Virus record (IMG/VR): IMGVR_UViG_3300045988_017185
Strand: one strand, 5' to 3'
Source: a virus
DNA length: 42,784 nt
Part shown: positions 9,172 through 16,455 of the stretch, piece after piece
How the letters are laid out: each line of letters begins with the position of its first letter
Numbering within the stretch: position 1 is the stretch's first letter
The notes under the pieces: model-generated
Database searches by the model: none
What the model was told of the DNA's origin: nothing
The model's input: only the letters and a program-made list of their open reading frames with translations
Made by a program: the position numbers and the translations under genes

Positions 9172-12081
9172 ATGGCAGATACTATTGCTAATTATACAGG
9201 TAATGGTACTCAGACTGACTTTGTAGTTCCTTTTGACTACCTTAAGAAGAGCTTTGTGCATGTGTATGTGAACAATGGATTGACTCTTCTTACAGGTGGT
9301 GACTATGGAGATACCGGTGCTGACTATTATTTCCTAGATGATACTACAATACGCCTTAAGACTGCCCCTGCTGAAGGTGAAGGTATTGTAGTCAGACGTT
9401 ATACTTCAGCTACAGAACGAATAGTCTCCTTTGAGGATGCTTCTATTCTCAAAGCTACAGACCTTGATACGTCTCAACTTCAGGCATTCCATATTGCTGA
9501 AGAAGCTAGAGATAACGTTAAGGATGCTATGTTAAGAGACGATGAGAGTAACTGGGATGCTCAGAATACTCGTATTGTCAATGTAGCTGACCCTGTAGAT
9601 GACCAAGATGCTATGACTCTTGGTTACTATAAGAAAGATAAACAATCCGTCATAGACTTAAAGAATGAAACTAAAGGGTATCGAGACGAAGCTTTAGGTT
9701 TCAGAAATGAAGCTGAAGAATTCAAAGATACTGCTGAAGGTTACAAAAATGAGGCTGAAGAGTCCAAGAATCTAGCTAAAGACTGGGCTGTCAAGATGGA
9801 TGGTAAAGTAGTCGAAGAAGGCGAAGAGATAGACTACTCTGCCAAATATTGGGCACAGTCTGTAGCAGAGATGGGTGAAGCAGCTAAGGTTGTAGCAGAC
9901 AATATTGATGATGTTAATACTGTAGCAGACAATATTGATGATGTCAATAAGGTTGCAGGCGATCTTGAAGGTACCTTTAAGCCTCCTCAATTCACCGATA
10001 TGGGTAGAGTAGGTACAGGTGAAACTGAAGAGATTGAAGTAACTGGTGGTAACATCAAGACTGTAGCAGATAACATTGAAGATGTCAATAAGGTTGCAGA
10101 TGCTATCGAAGATGGTTCTCTACAAACAGCTATAGATTCTGTACCTGTTACTGTTGAAAATGTCAGATTGTCCAATGAGGCTAAAGATGATGCTGTAGCG
10201 GCTTCTAACAAAGCTAAAGACTGGGCCGTTAAGATTGATGGCAAGGTAACTGATGATGCAGGTCTAGAAGTAGATTATAGCTCTAAGTATTATGCCGATC
10301 AAGCTAAAGCTTCTGCTGAAGAGGCCAATGTCTCTGCTGATGTTGTGACTGAAGCTGTGACTGATGGTGTTTCTCAGATCAACGCTTTGTCTCAGCAAAA
10401 GGTAACTGAGATAACCAATGCAGGTACGGAACAAGTAAACAATGTGAATACCGCTGGTACGACTCAGGTTGAAGCTGTGAATACCGCAGGTTCAACTCAG
10501 GTATCTGCTGTAGAAGACGAAGGTGCTTCTCAGGTATCTGCTGTGACTGCTGAAGGGACTAAGCAAAGTGGCCTTGTTACTGCTGAAGGTACCAATCAGA
10601 TTACCTTGGTAGAACAAAAGGGTAACTCTGTAATTGCTACCGTTAATGCTTCTAAAGATGGTCTGATTGAAGAACTTCAAACTGAAGGTACTACTCAGAT
10701 TGGTCTTATAGAAACAGCAGGTACGACTCAGGTTGGTAATGTCAATACAGCAGGTACGACTCAGGTATCCAATGTAAACGATGCAGGGGATACTCAGGTT
10801 CAAGCTGTAAATACCGCAGGTACAACTCAGATTGCCGCTATAGGTACTGCCGCTGAAGAAGCTATAGCAGACCTTGAGCCTTATGTAGAGAAAGCTCAGG
10901 CATGGGCAGAGAAAACAGATGGCCCTGTTGAAGGTGGTTCTTATAGTGCCAAGTATTGGGCTAATCAGGCATCTAGTGGTCAACTTAATGCTGACTGGAA
11001 TGAGACAGATTCTAGCAATAAGGGGTACATTAAGAATAAACCTGATCTTTCTGTCTATGCTGAAAAGACCTATGTCGATAGTGCTTTAAGTAGTGCTTTG
11101 GTTTATCAGGGTTCTGTAAATACGTATGCTGATCTTCCTGTAGCTTCACAGAAAGTAGGCGATATGTACAACGTAGCTCAGGCTGATAGTTCCCACGGTA
11201 TCAAAGCAGGGGACAATGTAGCTTGGAATGGTAGTGCATGGGATGTTCTAGCGGGTGCTGTTGACTTGTCTGCTTACCTGACTAAATCTAGTGCCGCTTC
11301 TACGTATGCTACGATAGATGATCTTGATGCTACAAATAACAGCATTGATACCCTTGAGACTACTGTAGGTACTAAAGCTAATGATTCTGCTGTAGTTAAA
11401 CTTACAGGAAATCAAACAATAGCTGGTACTAAGACCTTTAGTTCTACCATTGCAGGTAATATCAACGGTACTGCTAGGAATGTCACTGAAAGATACACAA
11501 AGACTTCTAGAGGTGACATAGGGTACGGAGAGAATAATAACTACCTGATTGATAAAGCGGCTTTAGCATTTTGGAATGGTCGTTATAGGGGTACGTCAAG
11601 CAATCTAGAATATTGCAGATATGGTACTATTATAGATACAACCAGAGATCAAACTATAGGTGGTACTAAGACATTCTCTGAGACTATCGTAGGTAGTATC
11701 AATGGTAATGCGGCTACAGCAGATAAATTAAAGACAGCTATAACAATCAATGGTACTTCCTTTAATGGTACTGCAAATATCAACATTAACAATATTGTCT
11801 CTAGAGGACAAGTAACTGCACTTAGTGGTTCTACTAGAGGTTCTATTAAGGGTATTCAGCTTTATGAAGCCTACAATAATGGGTATCCTTATTCTTATGG
11901 TAATGTCATCCACATGAGCGGTGCTAGAGAATCTTATAGTGGTGACAATGAAATCATGTTTACTTGGAATGGTACAGATAGAGTATTCATTAGAAGCCTT
12001 AGAGATACTGCGACTTCTGAGTGGACTGAGTGGAGTGAACTACAGGTAGTTAGAACTGATTATGGGAGAGTAGGGAGTTAA
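9172..12081 (+). CDS. tail fibre protein (T7 gp17-like N-terminal adaptor domain, repeat-rich shaft)
   Basis: 969 aa. The N-terminus (YTGNGTQTDFVVPFDYLKKSFVHVYVNN...RRYTSATERIVSFEDASILKATDLD...AEEARD) matches the T7 gp17 tail-attachment domain. Internal repeats include an 11-aa NTAGTTQV unit and three copies of DWAVK.DGKV..DYSAKYWA. Confidence 0.92.
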   Translation: MADTIANYTGNGTQTDFVVPFDYLKKSFVHVYVNNGLTLLTGGDYGDTGADYYFLDDTTIRLKTAPAEGEGIVVRRYTSATERIVSFEDASILKATDLDTSQLQAFHIAEEARDNVKDAMLRDDESNWDAQNTRIVNVADPVDDQDAMTLGYYKKDKQSVIDLKNETKGYRDEALGFRNEAEEFKDTAEGYKNEAEESKNLAKDWAVKMDGKVVEEGEEIDYSAKYWAQSVAEMGEAAKVVADNIDDVNTVADNIDDVNKVAGDLEGTFKPPQFTDMGRVGTGETEEIEVTGGNIKTVADNIEDVNKVADAIEDGSLQTAIDSVPVTVENVRLSNEAKDDAVAASNKAKDWAVKIDGKVTDDAGLEVDYSSKYYADQAKASAEEANVSADVVTEAVTDGVSQINALSQQKVTEITNAGTEQVNNVNTAGTTQVEAVNTAGSTQVSAVEDEGASQVSAVTAEGTKQSGLVTAEGTNQITLVEQKGNSVIATVNASKDGLIEELQTEGTTQIGLIETAGTTQVGNVNTAGTTQVSNVNDAGDTQVQAVNTAGTTQIAAIGTAAEEAIADLEPYVEKAQAWAEKTDGPVEGGSYSAKYWANQASSGQLNADWNETDSSNKGYIKNKPDLSVYAEKTYVDSALSSALVYQGSVNTYADLPVASQKVGDMYNVAQADSSHGIKAGDNVAWNGSAWDVLAGAVDLSAYLTKSSAASTYATIDDLDATNNSIDTLETTVGTKANDSAVVKLTGNQTIAGTKTFSSTIAGNINGTARNVTERYTKTSRGDIGYGENNNYLIDKAALAFWNGRYRGTSSNLEYCRYGTIIDTTRDQTIGGTKTFSETIVGSINGNAATADKLKTAITINGTSFNGTANININNIVSRGQVTALSGSTRGSIKGIQLYEAYNNGYPYSYGNVIHMSGARESYSGDNEIMFTWNGTDRVFIRSLRDTATSEWTEWSELQVVRTDYGRVGS

Positions 12082-12089
12082 TACAAAAG

Positions 12090-12965
12090 ATGGCTGTAAA
12101 TTTAACTAACTTAGACATATCCACAAGATATGCTCTACAAGAAGACTTTGATAACGGTTTTGTAGGAAGGGACAGACAAATCGTTATTCAAACGGATGAT
12201 GCTAAAGGGTATCGTCCAATTATCATGGATGGTAAGACTTCAGGCGGTAAGAACAAGGTTGCCCTTATGGATGACCTTGAAGATTGGAAACCTGCAAGAG
12301 CGACTAGTGCAGATAAGTTGCAGACTGCAAGAACAATTAGAACGAATCTTGCATCTACTTCTACTGCATCCTTTAATGGTACTGCAAATGTAACACCGGG
12401 TGTTCAAGGTATCCTTGGTACTGCTAATGGTGGTACAGGTAATGATGATGGTACGGTTGCTAAATTAACTACAGCTCGTACCTTTATCTGCAACCTAGAG
12501 TCCACTTCTGCGGGTTCTTTCGATGGCTCTGCAAACGTGACATTGGGTGTTTCTGGTGAACTTCCGATTGCTAGAGGCGGTACTGGTCGTACTGATGGGC
12601 ATGCACCTAAAGACATCCTTATGTCAGGCAATAGAGGAAACCTTAACGGCTATGAGAACTCTAGCAATGTGACTTCAGCTAGTCTGACTGTCAACAATAG
12701 TTCTAGAGATTCTATTTGTTGGACTTACTCTGGTGATATGGCTTTGACTATTAGTAACGGTGCGGCTAACCAATCGTGGACTAAGGTTATTGTAATGAAC
12801 AATGCTAATAGTTCTGGTAGCTTGGCGGTAACTGCTGATTCGTCTGAGTTTACTTGGATAACTGATAATGCTACGAGTCTTCCTGCTAAAGCTTTTGTTG
12901 GCATTATGGTTGTTCACTGGTCTAATACTCATGGGTTTATCTCTCTGATGTTTAAGGAGTCTTAA
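12090..12965 (+). CDS. second tail-fibre-like protein (no gp17 adaptor domain)
   Basis: 291 aa with two ~46-aa internal repeats (KL.TART...L.STS.(A/G)SF(N/D)G(T/S)ANVT.GV.G.L....GGTG), a motif type seen in side tail fibres. The same (N/D)G(T/S)AN motif occurs in the C-terminus of the 969-aa fibre. Confidence 0.7.
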   Translation: MAVNLTNLDISTRYALQEDFDNGFVGRDRQIVIQTDDAKGYRPIIMDGKTSGGKNKVALMDDLEDWKPARATSADKLQTARTIRTNLASTSTASFNGTANVTPGVQGILGTANGGTGNDDGTVAKLTTARTFICNLESTSAGSFDGSANVTLGVSGELPIARGGTGRTDGHAPKDILMSGNRGNLNGYENSSNVTSASLTVNNSSRDSICWTYSGDMALTISNGAANQSWTKVIVMNNANSSGSLAVTADSSEFTWITDNATSLPAKAFVGIMVVHWSNTHGFISLMFKES

Positions 12966-12969
12966 TGCC

Positions 12970-13533
12970 ATGATTAAGAAATATACTTATAAAGGAAAAG
13001 AATACACGTCTGTTTACCAATTGAAGAAAGACATTTGGGAACAAGACGGTAAAGCCTTTTCTACTCCTAAGGATGCTTCTGGTTGGGCAATATATGGGGT
13101 GGTCTATCAAGAACTCCCTGACCCTGAGCCAGTAGAACCTTCCTTGGAGGAGGTAAAGCAAACCAAACTAAGTGAACTTGAAAGAAAGTTCCTTAGTTGG
13201 TATGAAAACGACGCTAAGATGATCTCTAGCTTAGGCTATGAGTGTGACTCTGATGCTAGAGCTATGATGGACGTTAATGGTCTGGTTATAGCGGCTGAGT
13301 CTGGAGCTATGACTTATAGTTCTATCTTCATGGATGCCAATAATCAGCCTCATATGGTATCCTTGGAACAACTCAAGACGATACAGCTTGAGATCATTAC
13401 AGCGGGACAATCTGCATATAACGAAAAGTGGACTTATAGAACTGCTATTGAATCTGCTACATCCGTAGAAGAAGTCAAAGGTATCACTATAAGTTTCACT
13501 AAGTGCGACTTTAGTGACAATGACGCATCCTGA
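12970..13533 (+). CDS. hypothetical protein, possibly DUF4376-like (commonly found next to tail fibres)
   Basis: 187-aa ORF with AAGGAG upstream. The C-terminal two thirds (KLSELERKF..WYEN....SSLGYECDSDARAMMDVNGL...) resemble my memory of the DUF4376 pattern. Confidence 0.45.
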   Translation: MIKKYTYKGKEYTSVYQLKKDIWEQDGKAFSTPKDASGWAIYGVVYQELPDPEPVEPSLEEVKQTKLSELERKFLSWYENDAKMISSLGYECDSDARAMMDVNGLVIAAESGAMTYSSIFMDANNQPHMVSLEQLKTIQLEIITAGQSAYNEKWTYRTAIESATSVEEVKGITISFTKCDFSDNDAS

Positions 13534-13765
13534 TTGTTTTCAGGTACTCGTTGCATTAGATCAACTAGTGAATACACTTTTTGGTGGATATGCAGATGAA
13601 ACGGTGTCTAGTCGATCATATAGAGCTTACATTACAGGTAAGCGAAAGTGGACTAGAAATTTAATTAACCTATTATTCTTTTGGCAAGACGATCATTGTA
13701 AGGAGGCGTATGAAAGTGAACTTAATAGGTTACAGTACCCTCCTGAATTTAGAGAGGATGATTAA
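13520..13765 (+). CDS. hypothetical small protein
   Basis: ORF of 81-83 aa (GTG 13514 or ATG 13520) that overlaps the upstream stop. Composition looks coding. No function recognised. Confidence 0.55.
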   Translation: MTHPDCFQVLVALDQLVNTLFGGYADETVSSRSYRAYITGKRKWTRNLINLLFFWQDDHCKEAYESELNRLQYPPEFREDD

Positions 13766-13771
13766 CAAAAG

Positions 13772-14209
13772 ATGCTAAATAAAGACCTAATATTTAGCTT
13801 GATGTCAATAATGGGAGACGAAATGCTATTTCCTGATTGGGCTAATGCTCAAGAGATTCGGTTACGTTCAGACGGTTGGGTTGATGATACCTATACAGTT
13901 ACGCAGGATTCTTTCCTTATAGGGCTATATAGCGAATCAAGCGAAATTAGTCCCGCTGGTGTGAGTATTAACGGAAAGAGGCTATTTAACGATAATTCTG
14001 GTGCAGGATCTCATAACTATTGTCCATGTTTTTATTGTACTAAAGGAACAGTTTTAAAAAATAATAGCAAGACTAACTTTGCATATTTTAACATAATTCC
14101 TTTAGTTAAGTCTGGGGGGGGGCTTAAATACCCTGTAGTCTTCTTTAGGTCTTACCAATTGAATAATATGGTTTGTATCAATAGAATTAAGTTTAAGAAG
14201 AGAGCTTAA
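13772..14209 (+). CDS. hypothetical protein, paralog 1 of a tandem triplet; contains a G9 tract at 14114-14122
   Basis: 145-aa ORF. Shares the N-terminal signature (M.NKDLIFSLMS..GDEMLFPDW), a YTVTQD block and a C.KGT block with the next two ORFs. Confidence 0.65.
   Translation: MLNKDLIFSLMSIMGDEMLFPDWANAQEIRLRSDGWVDDTYTVTQDSFLIGLYSESSEISPAGVSINGKRLFNDNSGAGSHNYCPCFYCTKGTVLKNNSKTNFAYFNIIPLVKSGGGLKYPVVFFRSYQLNNMVCINRIKFKKRA
14114..14122 (+). repeat. G9 homopolymer tract (encodes GGG in paralog 1)
   Basis: Nine consecutive G counted in tctgggggggggctt. Confidence 0.95.
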
Positions 14210-14212
14210 TAT

Positions 14213-14536
14213 ATGTTTGATAAAGACATAATGTTATTCTCATTGGTTGGACTTACAGGAGACGATGATATGCTTTTTCCTGATTTCTCTAGAAAACTAG
14301 CTAATAACGTTTTTAACTATACTGCTACAGAAGATGGTTACCTTGTGGTTAATTATCTTTCAAAATATGAGTCAGGTAGTGTTTCTGTGGATGGTGTTAT
14401 AGTAACAAAAAGGCTAAATATTAATAACTCTTCTACCCTGAGTATCCTATATATGTATGTACCTAAAGGTTCAGTTATAAAGGGAGATGGTGATATGAGA
14501 TTTACAGTATATGGGTTAAAGAAGGGGGGGGGTTAG
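14213..14536 (+). CDS. hypothetical protein, paralog 2 of the tandem triplet; ends in a G9 tract at 14524-14532
   Basis: 107-aa ORF (MFDKDIMLFSL..GDDDMLFPDF...YTATEDGYL...VPKGSV...KKGGG-stop). Confidence 0.65.
   Translation: MFDKDIMLFSLVGLTGDDDMLFPDFSRKLANNVFNYTATEDGYLVVNYLSKYESGSVSVDGVIVTKRLNINNSSTLSILYMYVPKGSVIKGDGDMRFTVYGLKKGGG
14524..14532 (+). repeat. G9 homopolymer tract (encodes the last Gly codons of paralog 2, immediately before TAG)
   Basis: Nine consecutive G counted in aagaaggggggggggttag (a single G after aagaa completes the Lys codon AAG; the nine-G tract follows). Confidence 0.95.
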
Positions 14537-14590
14537 AGTCAGCTCTTATCATATTGTCTCATTCAAAGAAAAATCAAAGAAGGAGAACTT

Positions 14591-14952
14591 ATGTCATTAA
14601 ATAAGGAAATGCTCTTTGGTTTATTATCTTTTGGAGGTGACAATATGAAATGGCCTATAGTGGATAGTACTGGTACTGAGAAAACGAAAATATAGGGCGC
14701 AATACTACATACACACTTGAAAAAGATGTTATGTTGACGTATTGGGGTTTCGATAATTCCAGCAGGCTAAATGCTAATATAACAATAGAATTTCCTGATG
14801 GCTCTAGTATAACTAAAGAATGGAGATATATTCCTAATCTACCTTGTTTATGCCCTAAAGGTACAAAATTCATAACTACTAACGTTAACTATCAGGTTAA
14901 TCTTAGAATAGATTACTATGACATTTTAGGTTATTTATCTTATAACCCTTGA
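14591..14952 (+). pseudogene. paralog 3 of the tandem triplet, split over two reading frames (N-part 14591-14695, C-part open from 14680 to 14952)
   Basis: Strong SD (AAGGAG) before ATG 14591. The N-part reads MSLNKEMLFGLLSFGGDNMKWP. The C-part, in the frame reached by adding one nucleotide, reads YTLEKDVMLTYW...LCPKGTKF and aligns with paralogs 1 and 2. The frames overlap in GAGAAAACGAAAATA. Confidence 0.6.
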
Positions 14953-15093
14953 AATTTATACTTATAAGCCCCATATAGTCTATATAATAGAATATAACAA
15001 GCTACTCGCTTGTGCATAGACAGTTTTGTATAGATAACCTGTCTGACGTGACAACTCTTTAAAACTATACACAACAATAAATGGATAAACTAA

Positions 15094-15306
15094 ATGTATT
15101 CTTTTGAACATAAAGATACAGAACATCCTATGAGAGACATGAGGAATATCCTTGAAGATACAGCTCATAGAGCAAAAGAGTGCCTTGAGCATCTTCTGGA
15201 TGAAACTTGTTGAGACTCTCAAGATTTGGATGATGTAAAGGACTGCATAGAAATTCTGTGTGGTATCCGTAAGTTTAACTATATGATGGAACATAAAGGA
15301 GAATAA
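15094..15306 (+). other. 70-codon reading frame interrupted by one in-frame TGA (15211-15213); either a 39-aa ORF, a readthrough product or a pseudogene
   Basis: Translation is MYSFEHKDTEHPMRDMRNILEDTAHRAKECLEHLLDETC-TGA-DSQDLDDVKDCIEILCGIRKFNYMMEHKGE-TAA. Both halves look coding. There is no clear SD. Confidence 0.3.
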
Positions 15307-15308
15307 AA

Positions 15309-16001
15309 ATGGCTGAATATGCGTCTAAAGGTGTAGCAGGTACGGCTCTTGGTTTGGGTATTGCCGGTACTGTTGGACTTGTGAATCAGCTTGGTAACTG
15401 TGGAGGCTGCGGTAATGGTCTCCTTGGTGGTATCTTTGGTGGCAATAACTGTTGTAATCGTGGTGTAGGTGTAGGTGGCATGGCAGAGGTTCAGTATGTC
15501 TCTGCTTTGCAAGCTGAAAATGGTCAACTGAAGGCTGAAAACTACAGCGATCGTACCTCCTTGGAAGCCTATAAGCAGACTGTGGCTGACAATAAGGAAC
15601 TTCGTACTGAAATGTATGCCTTCATTAAACCCTTGTCTGAAGAAGCGGCTAACAACAGAGTGACTATCGCTAGACTTGAAGAGCAAATTAAGTGTGCCGG
15701 TGAAAAGGCTGAACTTCGTGAACAGGTTATCCAAGGTCTGATTCGTGAACAAGGTCAGGCACTTAATGGAAAGATTGATCAAGTTGCTTCTGCTGCCAAG
15801 TGCTGCTGTGAAGCTAATTCAACGGCTATTGCAAGTCTCCAGGCTCTGGTTTGTAAGATTACTCAGACTAGTGTTCCTATTTCTGCTATCTGCCCGCAGC
15901 CGATGCCTCAGTATAACTCTTGGACGGCACCCACGGGTACTCCTACTCAGGTCAATGTGTCTGGCACCGTGAATACTCGTAGTGCTACTTGCGTTGGCTA
16001 A
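15309..16001 (+). CDS. hypothetical Gly/Cys-rich coiled-coil protein (orphan)
   Basis: 230-aa ORF with AAAGGAG SD. It has an N-terminal Gly-zipper-like hydrophobic stretch, CGGCG/NNCC motifs, a central heptad-like region and a Cys-rich C-terminus (KCCCE, LVCK, ICPQP, ATCVG). Arg codons are mostly CGT, as in the capsid gene. Confidence 0.8.
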   Translation: MAEYASKGVAGTALGLGIAGTVGLVNQLGNCGGCGNGLLGGIFGGNNCCNRGVGVGGMAEVQYVSALQAENGQLKAENYSDRTSLEAYKQTVADNKELRTEMYAFIKPLSEEAANNRVTIARLEEQIKCAGEKAELREQVIQGLIREQGQALNGKIDQVASAAKCCCEANSTAIASLQALVCKITQTSVPISAICPQPMPQYNSWTAPTGTPTQVNVSGTVNTRSATCVG

Positions 16002-16002
16002 T

Positions 16003-16023
16003 GATTTAATCTGACTGTAAGAT
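16003..16023 (+). promoter_or_regulatory. phage RNAP promoter (GATTTAATCTGACTGTAAGAT)
   Basis: Member of the repeated ATCTGACTGTAAGA family. Intergenic. Confidence 0.7.
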
Positions 16024-16034
16024 AAGTTAAGTTT

Positions 16035-16078
16035 AGCCTAGCTTAGGGATGATCTCTAGGCTAGGCTCTTTGTTTTAT
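16035..16078 (+). terminator. CTAGG-core hairpin followed by a T-rich run (terminator or processing site)
   Basis: AGCCTAGCTTAGGGA / TCTCTAGGCTAGGCT inverted repeat followed by CTTTGTTTTATT. Confidence 0.65.
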
Positions 16079-16089
16079 TGGAGGAGAAT

Positions 16090-16455
16090 ATGTCAGCCTT
16101 GATTAGTCTTAGTAAGTTACAGAACGTTATTCCTGAGTTCATTGATACTCGTCTTATGCCTTCAGCACCTTCTACTATGAAGTGGATTCTTGGAGGTTCT
16201 ACCTTTGTTATCCTGCGTAGAATGGATAGCATTGTCTCTCAGTATCTACCTATGCTGAAGACAGCCGGTATCGTCAATGATAACAATCAGATTGACATTG
16301 AGATGGCTAAAGGTTTTATTAACTCTGCCTTTGAGAAGAGTGGTAGAGTGACTGTGATGAATTTTACGTTTGATAAATCTGATGGTGAAGCATTGATTGG
16401 TATCCTTGAGAAGTACCGTGATACTGAAGAAGGAGTGTCGAATGAAGGTAATTAA
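16090..16455 (+). CDS. hypothetical protein
   Basis: 121-aa ORF from ATG 16090 with GGAGGAG SD. It overlaps the nrdD start by 14 nt. Confidence 0.7.
   Translation: MSALISLSKLQNVIPEFIDTRLMPSAPSTMKWILGGSTFVILRRMDSIVSQYLPMLKTAGIVNDNNQIDIEMAKGFINSAFEKSGRVTVMNFTFDKSDGEALIGILEKYRDTEEGVSNEGN

Noticed and set aside
10410-10850. Regularly spaced 33-nt repeats that might suggest a CRISPR-like array
   Set aside because: The repeats lie inside the tail-fibre ORF, are in frame and imperfect at the DNA level, and encode an 11-aa structural repeat. There are no unique spacers and no cas genes.
12196-12631. Overlapping alternative-frame ORFs inside the second tail-fibre gene (65 aa on the + strand, 75 aa on the - strand)
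   Set aside because: They have no SD, they lie fully within a gene whose main frame shows a conserved internal repeat structure, and their compositions are typical of off-frame translation.
15211-15213. Genome-wide TGA reassignment or selenocysteine at the in-frame TGA
   Set aside because: TGA clearly terminates several well-defined genes (RNAP at 25423-25425, nrdD at 18434-18436, and the 187-aa ORF). I could not find a convincing stem-loop at SECIS distance downstream. The observation is kept only as a local anomaly in the findings.
14980-15294. 104-aa ORF on the - strand in the unassigned gap before the 230-aa gene
   Set aside because: It would be the only reverse-strand gene in a strictly unidirectional T7-like genome. 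It has no SD upstream of its ATG, and the translation is hydrophobic and low-complexity. The + strand frame (with one TGA) looks more protein-like.
15279-15782. 167-aa ORF on the - strand
   Set aside because: It is antisense to the well-supported 230-aa + strand gene (SD, terminator). Its composition is typical of an antisense artefact.
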